This document shows, one piece after another, positions 19,448-28,871 of a stretch of 64,000 nt of DNA. The notes beneath the pieces are model-generated. The model was not told the DNA's origin. It saw only the letters and a list, made by a program, of their open reading frames with translations, and made no database searches. Position 1 is the stretch's first letter. Each line of letters starts with the position of its first letter. The position numbers and the translations under genes were made by a program. Source of the DNA: Candidatus Latescibacterota bacterium (GTDB taxonomy: Bacteria > Latescibacterota > UBA2968 > GCA-2709665); the NCBI GenBank assembly GCA_965203805.1, contig OZ241917.1, forward strand, positions 3,584,001 through 3,648,000. The letters run 5' to 3'.

Positions 19448-20644
19448 TCACCGCATTCTTTTCCCTTCTCCAAAGTCGGGCACGGCCGTCAGCACGCCGC
19501 CGTTCATCGCGGACTGGTGCGCGATCAGGCCCGGAACCAGGTACCGCGCCGCCTGCCAAACGCTGTTCGGCGGCGTTTCGCCGGTCACACACGCCGTCAC
19601 GAAATCGTGTACCAGAAACTGATGGGCCCCCTTGTGTCCGTTGCCCAGGCCGATAAATTCCCTGGGCAGCAGGTGCACCGGATGTACCCGCGACACGCCC
19701 TGGTGCGTGCCGTCGTCCCCCGTCACCGCGCCCATCGGGTCGTCGGCCGGCCCGGCCGGCACGCCCTCGCAGGACAATTCCGAGGAAAGATCCACGCAGG
19801 TTTTCCGGTCCTTGTTGATCCACACCTGGCCGCCCACCTGTTCCTCGTATCCCGCATCGGTCCCGTACAGACTCATCCCGACCGTGCCGGGATGTCCGAT
19901 CCGGCGGAACTCGTTGAAGCGCGCCATGCTCCCGTCCGACATCCTGCACAACATGGTTTCGTTGCTGAACGGGTTCTTCCAGACATTGTCGTCGCGCGCG
20001 TACAGATTGTCTTCGTGGCGGTCGACGAAGCCCATGCCGCTCACGTGGGTGGCATGCGCCCCGGTGACCGACACGATCATGCTTGTCGAATGCGTCGGAT
20101 AAAACATGGGGGGCGACCCGAAATACCGCTTCCACTCCTCACCGTGGCGCCACTGCGACACCGCATACAGTCCGTGGGAGTAATCGTGGTAATACTCCGC
20201 CTCCCCGTACACGATATGGCCGAAGTCTCCCTTCCTGAAGCGGTCGCGGCAGTAAATCGTACACGGGTAATAGTAACTCGTCTCCCCGATCATATACGTC
20301 AACCCCGTCTCCTCGACAGCCTTGACGAGATCGGCAATTTCCTCCAGGCTGACGGCTGACGGCACCGCGGAATACACGTGCTTGCCGCTGCGCAGCGCCT
20401 GTACGGCCTGCGGTCCGTGAAGATGATGCTGGGTGATGATCGCGATCGCGTTCACGTCGGATTCACAGAGCGCATCGAGCGACGGATACGTGTCCGGCAC
20501 GTCGAAGCGCGCCGATTTCTCGGCCAGCTTCTCCGCGTCCAGGTCGCACAATACCAGGTGGTCCACGTCCGGGTGCGCTTTGAACAGCGGGATGAACGAG
20601 TTTGCAAACGCTCCGGTGCCGCAGATCCCTAGACGGATACCCAT
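19448..20644 (-). CDS. Gfo/Idh/MocA family oxidoreductase
   Basis: IRLGICGTGAFA Rossmann motif, ALRSGKHVYSAVP (EKP-equivalent), GEAEYYHD, YPTHS. Confidence 0.88.
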   Translation of the reverse strand: MGIRLGICGTGAFANSFIPLFKAHPDVDHLVLCDLDAEKLAEKSARFDVPDTYPSLDALCESDVNAIAIITQHHLHGPQAVQALRSGKHVYSAVPSAVSLEEIADLVKAVEETGLTYMIGETSYYYPCTIYCRDRFRKGDFGHIVYGEAEYYHDYSHGLYAVSQWRHGEEWKRYFGSPPMFYPTHSTSMIVSVTGAHATHVSGMGFVDRHEDNLYARDDNVWKNPFSNETMLCRMSDGSMARFNEFRRIGHPGTVGMSLYGTDAGYEEQVGGQVWINKDRKTCVDLSSELSCEGVPAGPADDPMGAVTGDDGTHQGVSRVHPVHLLPREFIGLGNGHKGAHQFLVHDFVTACVTGETPPNSVWQAARYLVPGLIAHQSAMNGGVLTAVPDFGEGKRMR

Positions 20645-20699
20645 TGCTACTCCGATTTAAAAAACTATCAGCGATTGGCGTTGAGTTAAAGAGGGCGAG

Positions 20700-20850
20700 A
20701 GGGAAGACGGGAGACGGGAGATATTGTGTGCCCTGTGCGGTTTCATCTCTTGCCGCAGGCATAAAGTAAGAACCAATCAGGCAAGGACGTCATCTACCGT
20801 CTAACCTCTACCGTCTCACCGCCTTCATCTACCGTCTCACCGCCTTTTGC
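20700..20850 (-). repeat. Dispersed element of about 140 bp with heptamer-repeat arms, copy 1
   Basis: Its reverse complement aligns with 61581-61716 across the core GACGGTAGATGAC.TCCTTG.C.GATTGGTT.TT.C.TTATGCCT.CGGCAAGA.ATGAAACCG.ACAGG. Confidence 0.8.
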
Positions 20851-21032
20851 CGACCTATCCTCCAAGAAATACACGATAAGAGCAATGCGCAAGCCAGAAA
20901 ACCTCTCGCCCGGTGAGCCTATCAGCTGAATCGACCGGCAATCCTGCAGAATGTGCTTCGTTGCGGCGCACCTGTTGAATCTTGAATCCCGGATTCACAT
21001 TTCGTAAATTGCCCCCATCGAAAGGAGGCGCC

Positions 21033-23357
21033 ATGGATCTCTCTAAGTTTCAGGACGACGCCATTGAATCGGAATGGATGCTCTCGGACGCAGAACAGGA
21101 TGAGCACGTCACGCTCCCCCTAGACGTCGGCGACTGGGGTCTGGCCAACGAAATCCGCGCCGACATCTTCCTCCCCGACGGGGTGGACGACCAGATCTAC
21201 TGCACGCTCACCTCGGGAAACCGTACCGAGGGCATGAGCGAGGACGACGGCTATTGGTTCAACGCCATCGTCTCCCCTCGCGGCGGCAACATCTGGCGGG
21301 GTTGGCGGGAATTCCGTTTCCCGGCCGAGTGTTTCTACACCCGGGGTATTCCGTCCGCGGGGTGGGGCGACATGTCCTCAGGCGACGTCCGCCTGCCGCC
21401 CGGGAGCCGGATCCGGAATATCCGTCTGATCCGGCGCCGGATCGTCCGGGGTCCGAGAATGTCCGATAACGCCCTCATCGCCGCCGTCGATCTGACCCGC
21501 CCGGGACTCAAAGTCGCGTTGCGGGCGCCGGACACGTCATCCTGTCTGGCGGCAATCGCGGACCACTTCCGTTTGAGCGCGTTCGACCGGCGGCACACGG
21601 CGCCCGGATCCGCTACCGACGCAAACATCGAAGAGGCGGACCGTATCCTCGCCGGTTACATCATGGACCACCACTGGCCGGACGGCGTGGACTGGGACGC
21701 CAACCCCTACGGATACATCGAGTGGTCTATCATCATTCACGCTTTCTACTACTTCAAATCGCTCGAACTCGCCTGGACAAAGACCCGCGACCCGAAATAC
21801 GCAAAGGGAATCGAGGGCATTCTGCGCGACTGGATGAGTAAGACACCCGTGCCCTACGACGTCCGCGCCGGCGGCCTGGCCTGGGGACATTCGCTGATTG
21901 TCAGCATGCGGTCGTTCAATACGCTTGTCGATGCCTTCACCGTGCTCTGCGACTGTCCGGAAACCGAAGACCGGACGATCGTCGACCTGCTCAAATCCAT
22001 CTACGAACACGCCGTCTACCTTCTGAAATTCGAGTCATTCCCGCCTTCCAACAAAACCATATCGGAAGGCAGGTCCCTGCTCGCAACGGCGTGCTCCTTC
22101 CCTGAATTCAACGAAGCCGAATCCTGGTACGAAGCCGCCAGCCGGAGGCTTCTGGACGATATGAACATCCAGGTGATGCCGGACGGCGCCTCATACGAAC
22201 TCACGCCGGGCTATCAGGTCTCAATCGCCTCCTGGTTCCTCGATGCCTACAACGTGACCGGCAAATTCGACCGATCGCTGGATCCCGAACTGGAAGCCGG
22301 CATCCGGCGCATGTACGACTGGTGCGTCTCCATCAACCGACCCGACTTCACCTTCCCCTCCATTTCCGACGCCGGCAGCCTGGATGGAAAATTCGGTGAC
22401 GCGCTCGCCCGCCCGGGCGCCATTCTCAATGACGAGAACGCCATCTGGATCGGCAGCGAGGGCGAAGAAGGCAACCCGCCCGAGTACGCCTCCATCGCAC
22501 ACCCGGACTCCGGTTACTTTGTCATGCGCAGCGGCTGGGATCGGGACGCCCGCTACATGCTGTTCGAAGGAGGGCCGTACGGTCGTTTTCACCAGCACGA
22601 AGATATGCTTTCGTTCGATCTGTACTCCCACGGCCTGCCCTTTATCGTAGACCCGGGAATCACCTCGTACTACCCGAACCCGTGGACGTCGTTCTACCGG
22701 ACAACCGAAGCGCACAACACGGTGCTGGTGGACGGCTGCGGGCAGAACCGCCGGGCCCAGTCCATTGACGAATGGGTGGAATCCGCCCGGGACAGGACGG
22801 TGTGGCGCTCCGACGACCGTTGCGACGTCGCCCTGGCGACGTACGACGCGGGTTATGCCGGGCTGGACGCGTCCGTCGCCCACCGCCGGGCTGTCATGTT
22901 CGTCAAGCCCGATTACTTCCTGATCTTCGACGAACTCGCGGGCGAAGGCCGCCATACGTACGAGGCGCTCTTCCACTTCATGCCCTACCGCGTGCTGATC
23001 GACCCCGACACCGGCGCCGCGCGAACAGGACGCATGCATCCGCCGAACCTGGAAGTCGTGCCCCTCGTCAAAATGACCCCGCGCCTGGTCTGCGGCCGGA
23101 ACGATCCGGTCCAGGGCTGGCTCGCCATCGACGGGCAGGACGTTCCAGCGCCGGTCGTCATCTACAAAAAACGGACGACGTTGCCCTTACGGACCGGGTA
23201 CGCCCTGGTGCCCTTCACGGAAGGCGTCAGCGCGGGCGCCACGCCACGAATAACGCGTCGCGGCGACACCTGGAACGTGCGCATCGCGCGTCCGGACGGG
23301 ACGATCGATCGGATCAACGTGGACTGGTCCGACAGCAACGGTCCTGTGCTGGTTTAG
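21033..23357 (+). CDS. Heparinase II/III-family polysaccharide lyase
   Basis: Q-x-x-PDG-x-x-YE-x-x-PGY, DSGYFVMRSGW, H-Q-H-E-D-x-L-S-F, VDPG, Y-R-x-T-x-A-H-N-T-V-x-V-D-G; AAGGAGG RBS before ATG 21033. Confidence 0.88.
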   Translation: MDLSKFQDDAIESEWMLSDAEQDEHVTLPLDVGDWGLANEIRADIFLPDGVDDQIYCTLTSGNRTEGMSEDDGYWFNAIVSPRGGNIWRGWREFRFPAECFYTRGIPSAGWGDMSSGDVRLPPGSRIRNIRLIRRRIVRGPRMSDNALIAAVDLTRPGLKVALRAPDTSSCLAAIADHFRLSAFDRRHTAPGSATDANIEEADRILAGYIMDHHWPDGVDWDANPYGYIEWSIIIHAFYYFKSLELAWTKTRDPKYAKGIEGILRDWMSKTPVPYDVRAGGLAWGHSLIVSMRSFNTLVDAFTVLCDCPETEDRTIVDLLKSIYEHAVYLLKFESFPPSNKTISEGRSLLATACSFPEFNEAESWYEAASRRLLDDMNIQVMPDGASYELTPGYQVSIASWFLDAYNVTGKFDRSLDPELEAGIRRMYDWCVSINRPDFTFPSISDAGSLDGKFGDALARPGAILNDENAIWIGSEGEEGNPPEYASIAHPDSGYFVMRSGWDRDARYMLFEGGPYGRFHQHEDMLSFDLYSHGLPFIVDPGITSYYPNPWTSFYRTTEAHNTVLVDGCGQNRRAQSIDEWVESARDRTVWRSDDRCDVALATYDAGYAGLDASVAHRRAVMFVKPDYFLIFDELAGEGRHTYEALFHFMPYRVLIDPDTGAARTGRMHPPNLEVVPLVKMTPRLVCGRNDPVQGWLAIDGQDVPAPVVIYKKRTTLPLRTGYALVPFTEGVSAGATPRITRRGDTWNVRIARPDGTIDRINVDWSDSNGPVLV

Positions 23358-23403
23358 TTCTACAATCGTACATAGAGAAACAGGGACCGGAGAAAGGAGG
23401 TAG

Positions 23404-23598
23404 ATGATGAGAATGCAAAAGTACATTTACTGGCAGGACGGCCCGATGTTTCTGGGATATCTTGATGAATATCCCGACTATTGGACTCAGGGCGAGACGA
23501 TGGGCGAACTGAAAGAAAACCTGATCGATATTTACAATGAGCTGACAGGGGGCGCCATTCCATGTGTGCGGAAGGCTGCTGAATTACAGGTATCATGA
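23404..23598 (+). CDS. hicB: HicB-family antitoxin (short form, no DNA-binding domain)
   Basis: GYLDEYPDYWTQGETMGELKENL HicB core; AAGGAGGT RBS; ATGA overlap with hicA. Confidence 0.85.
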   Translation: MMRMQKYIYWQDGPMFLGYLDEYPDYWTQGETMGELKENLIDIYNELTGGAIPCVRKAAELQVS

Positions 23599-23771
23599 AA
23601 CGACGAGACTTGATAAACCACTTAAGAGAAATAGGTTGTGTATTTATACGTCACGGGTCAAGGCACGACTGGTATCAAAATCCCAATACCAGGGTATCTC
23701 AGCCTGTTCCCCGGCATAGAGAAATCAAAGAGTCCTTGGCAAAACACATCATGAAGATGCTTTCTGGATAA
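23595..23771 (+). CDS. hicA: HicA-family mRNA interferase toxin (58 aa, not in ORF track)
   Basis: Manual translation MKRRDLINHLREIGCVFIRHGSRHDWYQNPNTRVSQPVPRHREIKESLAKHIMKMLSG*; G-x-x-H and VPRH-x-EI motifs. Confidence 0.9.
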   Translation: MKRRDLINHLREIGCVFIRHGSRHDWYQNPNTRVSQPVPRHREIKESLAKHIMKMLSG

Positions 23772-23805
23772 ACTAAACTCGTAACCCCTCCGTTGGGAGA
23801 AGCCC

Positions 23806-25482
23806 ATGCAGCCCAATTACGATGTAGACATGAGCCTGGACGTAAAGGTCCCCATGCGCGATGGAGTCAATCTCTCGGCGGACATTTACCTGCCGCGCGC
23901 GCGAAGGAGATTCCCCACTGTCCTTATGCGCACGCCCTATAGCAATAACGCAGATCCGATGGTCGAAAAGGCCATGCGGCTCGCGAACGACGGATACGCC
24001 TGCGTCCTGCAGGATTGCCGCGGACGCTGGGACTCCGAAGGCACCTACTATGCGTTCCGGGAAGGGGAAGACGGGTTCGATACCCAGGAGTGGATCGGGG
24101 CCCGGGAATGGTGCGACGGCAACATCGGCATGGCCGGAAGTTCTTACGGCGGGACGGTACAGTGGCGCAGCGCGCCGTACCGGAGCCGATATCTGAAATG
24201 CATAGCACCCAGGGTGATCTGCACCGATTATTACACGGGTCTCGTCCACCCCGGCGGCGCTTTCCAGCTCAACGTACTGCTGACCTGGGGCATGCGTACC
24301 AACGCCCGCACCGGCCAGACCATCGAGTTTCACAACTGGACCGAAGCCTTCCGGGCGCTGCCGCTCGAGAAGATGGACGAACACGCAGGCCGCAATCTGG
24401 CCTTCTGGAAAGACTGGGTCGAACACGACGCGTACGACGACTACTGGGAGGATTTCAACGACGAAACCCGGTGGCGCGACATGGCAGCCCCCGCGTTCAA
24501 TATGGGCGGCTGGTACGACCTCTATGCCACGCAAACCTTCAGCAACTACAACGGGCTTCGCCTGAACGGCGGGTCGGAAGAGGCCAAGAAGAGCAAACTC
24601 ATTGTCGGTCCGTGGCCGCATGCGCTAAGCGCGTCGCCGAAGACAGGCGACGTCGATTTCGGGGCGCCTTCCATGGTCGATCTCGAAAGCCTGGAACAGC
24701 GCTGGTTCGACTATTGGCTCAAGGGCATCGACAACGGCATTGCGGACGAACCGCCGTTGCGGCTTTTCATCATGGGCGTCAACCGGTGGCGCGACGAATT
24801 CGAGTGGCCCCTCGCGCGGACCCAGTGGCAAAAATGGCACCTGCATTCCGCCGGGCAGGCCAACACGCTGCTTGGCGACGGCTGTCTGTCAATCGAGACG
24901 CCGGCGCAGGAATCCCCGGACCACTTCACGTACGATCCCCGCTACCCGGTACCAACCATGGGCGGCAACAACTGCTGCTCTCCTCACATCGTCCCATGGG
25001 GACCGCAGGACCAGCGGCCCGTGGAAATGCGGAGCGACGTGCTCTGCTATACCAGCGACCCTATGCAAGCAGACCTGGAGGTCACGGGCCCTGTTAAAGC
25101 GGTCGTTTACGCCGCCACTGACTGTACGGACACGGACTGGACCGCCAAGCTGGTGGACGTGTCGCCATCCGGGTATGCCATGAACCTCTGCGACGGCATT
25201 CTTAGAGCCCGCTTCCGGGAAAACCTTACAGACCCGACCCTGCTCGAATCCGGCAACGTGTACGCCTATGAGATCGATCTGGGCGTCACCGGAAACGTCT
25301 TCAGGAAAGGCCACCGCATCCGCCTCGAGGTCTCGTCGTCGAACTTCCCGCGGTTCGACCGGAATCTCAACACGGGCGGTTCCCTGGGCAGCGAGACCGA
25401 AATGCGCCAGGCCCATCAGACCGTCCACCACTCCGGACAATTTCCGTCCCATGTTGTCCTGCCGGTAATCCCGCCAACATAG
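23806..25482 (+). CDS. CocE/NonD family hydrolase (peptidase S15-like)
   Basis: MRDGVNLSADIYLP, RTPY, QDCRGRWDSEG, GSSYGG nucleophile, GGWYD, GPWPH, SSSNFPRFDRN. Confidence 0.93.
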   Translation: MQPNYDVDMSLDVKVPMRDGVNLSADIYLPRARRRFPTVLMRTPYSNNADPMVEKAMRLANDGYACVLQDCRGRWDSEGTYYAFREGEDGFDTQEWIGAREWCDGNIGMAGSSYGGTVQWRSAPYRSRYLKCIAPRVICTDYYTGLVHPGGAFQLNVLLTWGMRTNARTGQTIEFHNWTEAFRALPLEKMDEHAGRNLAFWKDWVEHDAYDDYWEDFNDETRWRDMAAPAFNMGGWYDLYATQTFSNYNGLRLNGGSEEAKKSKLIVGPWPHALSASPKTGDVDFGAPSMVDLESLEQRWFDYWLKGIDNGIADEPPLRLFIMGVNRWRDEFEWPLARTQWQKWHLHSAGQANTLLGDGCLSIETPAQESPDHFTYDPRYPVPTMGGNNCCSPHIVPWGPQDQRPVEMRSDVLCYTSDPMQADLEVTGPVKAVVYAATDCTDTDWTAKLVDVSPSGYAMNLCDGILRARFRENLTDPTLLESGNVYAYEIDLGVTGNVFRKGHRIRLEVSSSNFPRFDRNLNTGGSLGSETEMRQAHQTVHHSGQFPSHVVLPVIPPT

Positions 25483-25548
25483 CGTTCAAGACCCGCCGAG
25501 ACGTCTGGCGGGCGAGCGCCTCCCTGCCCGCGAGAAGGAATTTCAGAC

Positions 25549-26937
25549 ATGCCCGATCCCAATCTGGTCATTGCCATCCCGGACAAGAGCTTCGGTTTCG
25601 TTCCCGGCCAGCGGATCTCAATCGACATCCACGTGATCGGGCTCGATAAGCAGACGGCTCGCGTCCGGCTCGCGGTCAACGATGCTCTGGGCGCGACGCG
25701 GTTTGCTTCGGGGGAGGTCGACCGGGACCTGGACGACGGACACACGGTCCTTCCGTTTCATTGCGATGTCGAGACCGACTTTCCGCCCGGCGCCTATCTC
25801 ATCACCGCGCATGTCCATTCGAGTGCACAGAATTTCAGAGCCATCGCCACCGAGTCCTTCGAGGTGGTCGCGCCCGGAAGCCGCCTGCAAGACGGCTTTC
25901 CGGTTGCCCCGCGTGACCGCGTCATGGATTCAGAATACGATTTCGATCCTGCCGACGCGCAAACGCTGGCGGCGGCGTTCCACACGGCGCACGCGGCGTG
26001 TGAAGCTTGCCGCAATCCGGACGGCGGGTGGGGTGAAAGCCCGGATGCGGAAAAACCCGCGTACCGCTCGCCGGCGAATGTCACCCTGGGCTACCTGTAC
26101 GGTTACGAAGCGCTGGGCGACGAGCAATACAAAAAGCTGGCTCTGAGCGGCCTGGACTATCTCTGTTCGGAGCAGGAAGAGAACGGCGCCTTCCGATGGT
26201 GGTACAAGGCCGTCCCCGGCGGCGTGATGAACCAGCGCGATAACTTCTATGACACGGGCTGGGCCGGGCTGGCGCTCGCCGAGGGGTTTCGCGTTACGGG
26301 CGAGGCGAAATACCTCGATGCCGTTCGAAGGGCCGCTGACTGGACGATGACCTGCCCGTTTACGGGAAACAACAACTACGATGCATTCGCCCTCTGGTTT
26401 CTCTCCCTGCTGTACGACTTTACCGGAGACGAAGAATATCTGGAGACGGGCGTCTGGCGGACCCGGGGCGGCGTTATCTTCGCGCAGCTTCCCAGGGGCG
26501 GATGGCCGGGTCATAATTTCCATATCGGCTATCAAGCCATTACCGCCAACGGCCTTGCGTCCCTGTACGACGTGCTTCCGCGGGACCATCCGTTCTCCGA
26601 TCCGCTCAGGGACCGCCTCTGCGCGGCCCTCAATTTCGCCACATTCCTGCAGACGGAGACGGGGGACTATTGCATGGGTTGGGAATATGACCGGGACTTC
26701 CGTCTCGACGGCGCGGGACGGCCCGCAGGAAAAACGGTACCCGCCCGGGCCGAGCTCATCCGCGCCTATTACAAGACCCGCACCCGCCTGGATGTGCCGG
26801 TCAATGTCCTCAACGGGCTCTGCCGCTCCACCATCGCCAGAATTGAATCCCTTGAGGATCGCTCCGAAGACAACCGGAAAGAGCACACCTACCTGATGGA
26901 CATCGGCACGCTCCTCAAATGGCGTCACAACAAATAA
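25549..26937 (+). CDS. Hypothetical protein: N-terminal beta-sandwich plus (alpha/alpha)-barrel-like domain
   Basis: 462 aa; repeated helix motifs (GDEQYKKLALSGLDYL..EQ..NG, TGEAKYLDAVRRAADW, TGDEEYLE) and QW-like NPDGGW and QLPRGGW. Confidence 0.65.
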   Translation: MPDPNLVIAIPDKSFGFVPGQRISIDIHVIGLDKQTARVRLAVNDALGATRFASGEVDRDLDDGHTVLPFHCDVETDFPPGAYLITAHVHSSAQNFRAIATESFEVVAPGSRLQDGFPVAPRDRVMDSEYDFDPADAQTLAAAFHTAHAACEACRNPDGGWGESPDAEKPAYRSPANVTLGYLYGYEALGDEQYKKLALSGLDYLCSEQEENGAFRWWYKAVPGGVMNQRDNFYDTGWAGLALAEGFRVTGEAKYLDAVRRAADWTMTCPFTGNNNYDAFALWFLSLLYDFTGDEEYLETGVWRTRGGVIFAQLPRGGWPGHNFHIGYQAITANGLASLYDVLPRDHPFSDPLRDRLCAALNFATFLQTETGDYCMGWEYDRDFRLDGAGRPAGKTVPARAELIRAYYKTRTRLDVPVNVLNGLCRSTIARIESLEDRSEDNRKEHTYLMDIGTLLKWRHNK

Positions 26938-26959
26938 GGCACGGCTTGCGCCGTGCCTT
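26936..26959. terminator. Hairpin just after the stop codon
   Basis: AAGGCACGGC-ttgc-GCCGTGCCTT, a perfect 10-bp stem between convergent genes. Confidence 0.55.
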
Positions 26960-27177
26960 GAATTTCTCCAATGGCCCCCGGGGGCCTTGCCTTCCTGCGA
27001 GACGACTGTAGTTCTTGCTGCATTCCCGCTAAGTGTCGCATATTGCTACACTTAGGAGCGAGGGCATCTTGTCCTCATCGCGCCCTTGTGGTCCTAACGC
27101 TTCAAGGCGCGCACATCGACTGATTGGGTTTCTGGTTCAAGCTGATTGCTGAGAGCTGACGGCTGAATTCAGGCAAG

Positions 27178-28080
27178 CTACTTCCGGGACCCGACAACGG
27201 GAACCACTTCGATCTCGAACAGCTTCGGCCATCGTTTCCCGGTCACGAACAGGCGCTTCCCTGCCGGATCGTAGGCGATTCCGTTCAACGCGGCATCCGC
27301 GCCGAGCCGTTCCCGTCCTGCCAATAATCCGGTCAGATCGATCCAGCCCAACACCCGGCCGGACTCAGGGTCGATTCTGGCGATCAGATCCGATTCCCAG
27401 ACATTCGCATAGACCTCGCCGTCAACGTATTCCAGTTCATTCAGGCGGGTCACGGGTCCCTTATCGTCCCGAACCTCCACCCGCCCGACCTCCTGAAACG
27501 TCTCGGGATCCCTGAAAGACAGCGTGGGCGTTCCGTCGCTCACGATCAACCGACGGGCGTCATGCGTAATGCCCCACCCCTCGATGGCATAGGTGAACGA
27601 GCGCATGCGTTCGAATGTTTCCTTGTTATAGACAAAACCGGTCCGCGCCACCCAGGTCAGCTGAATGACGTGGTTTCCGAAGATCGTAATCCCTTCGCCG
27701 AAATAACGGGATTCCAGCGGCTGGAACCGGATGACCCGGCCTGTTTCCAGCACGACTTTGCGCAAGGAGGACCGCCCGTAGAGCCCCGTTCCCTCGAACA
27801 GGAAACCGTTCTCATAGACGAGCCCCTGGGTAAACGCGCCGGGATCGTGAGGGTAGGTATGTTTTACGCGGAACGTGTATTGTCGCGGCTTCCAGGTCGA
27901 ATCCGGATCGGATGAAACGACTCCGTTTCCGGATGCGGCCTGGACGGCGCTCGAATCCGCCGCCGGCACTTCCACCACGGCGGACGCGACGGAAACAGAC
28001 AGAATAATTCCAGGCAAATGGAAAATGCCTGGAAATCGGGAATGCGAGTGCTGGGTTTTGCTTCGAGACTGCGAGGTCAT
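27178..28080 (-). CDS. Glutaminyl-peptide cyclotransferase (bacterial/plant type)
   Basis: YPHDPGAFTQGL, EGTGLYGRS, FGEGIT, QLTW, EGWGIT, LNELE, LNGIAYD, VTGKRWP. ATG 28080 overlaps the moaE stop. Confidence 0.93.
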   Translation of the reverse strand: MTSQSRSKTQHSHSRFPGIFHLPGIILSVSVASAVVEVPAADSSAVQAASGNGVVSSDPDSTWKPRQYTFRVKHTYPHDPGAFTQGLVYENGFLFEGTGLYGRSSLRKVVLETGRVIRFQPLESRYFGEGITIFGNHVIQLTWVARTGFVYNKETFERMRSFTYAIEGWGITHDARRLIVSDGTPTLSFRDPETFQEVGRVEVRDDKGPVTRLNELEYVDGEVYANVWESDLIARIDPESGRVLGWIDLTGLLAGRERLGADAALNGIAYDPAGKRLFVTGKRWPKLFEIEVVPVVGSRK

Positions 28081-28529
28081 TTCCCTCTGTCTTCTTGCCG
28101 AGATGCCGAGGGGTCGCCTTCGATCCATTCTTCGCCGTCCGTCCACACTTCCTTCTTCCAGATCGGCACGGTTTCCTTCAACCGGTCAATCGCGTAGTGA
28201 CAGGCTTCCAGAGCGGCTTTGCGGTGCGGCGCCGAGATCGCAATCAACACGCTGGTCTCGCCAATTTCCAATCGCCCAACCCGATGCAGCATGCCCACCC
28301 GGTCCACGTCCCACTTGCCCTTTATTTCCCGGCCGATGTCCGCCATCTTCTTCTCGGCCATCTCCCGATAGGCATCGTACACCAGATAGCTGGTTCGGCG
28401 GCCCATAGAATGGTCTCGAACCACTCCGGCGAAGGTCGCCACCGCGCCATCCGAATCTCTCAGCACGGCGTCGTGCAGCGCATCGGCCCGTACGGGTTCT
28501 TCCTGAATTCGGTACAGATCACCGGACAT
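28077..28529 (-). CDS. moaE: Molybdopterin synthase catalytic subunit
   Basis: GAVATFAGVVRD, HRVGRL..GE, SAPHR, IDRLKETVPIWKKE. Confidence 0.95.
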   Translation of the reverse strand: MSGDLYRIQEEPVRADALHDAVLRDSDGAVATFAGVVRDHSMGRRTSYLVYDAYREMAEKKMADIGREIKGKWDVDRVGMLHRVGRLEIGETSVLIAISAPHRKAALEACHYAIDRLKETVPIWKKEVWTDGEEWIEGDPSASRQEDRGK

Positions 28530-28821
28530 GGGCTCTTCCCTGCTTCGGCCCGCCACTTGCGGCAGGTTGAACCGGAGCTCCCCCGCTTACCGGCGGGATA
28601 AGAGCCACCTCATCCCCGTCGTTGAGTTGCTGAGTCCGATCCACGTACGCCTGGTTGACCGACACCATCAGACTGCCTTCCATTTCCTTCAATCGGGAGT
28701 GCTCCGCCGCCAGCCGCGCCAGCAGATCGTACACACTTGCGCCTTCGGACATGGTAATAGAGGTCTGGCTTTGTCCAACAAGGTCCCTGCACGACGCGAA
28801 AAACAAGACTTTGATTTCCAT
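28519..28821 (-). CDS. moaD: Molybdopterin synthase sulfur carrier with a 19-aa extension after Gly-Gly
   Basis: IKVLFFA..RD..G, SVNQAY, L.DGDEVALIPPVSGG, then APVQPAASGGPKQGRAHVR*. Confidence 0.9.
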   Translation of the reverse strand: MEIKVLFFASCRDLVGQSQTSITMSEGASVYDLLARLAAEHSRLKEMEGSLMVSVNQAYVDRTQQLNDGDEVALIPPVSGGAPVQPAASGGPKQGRAHVR

Positions 28822-28871
28822 CGGCCGTCCTCTGCGCTGCACCGCTGGAAGCATACTGCAATATCGATCCG

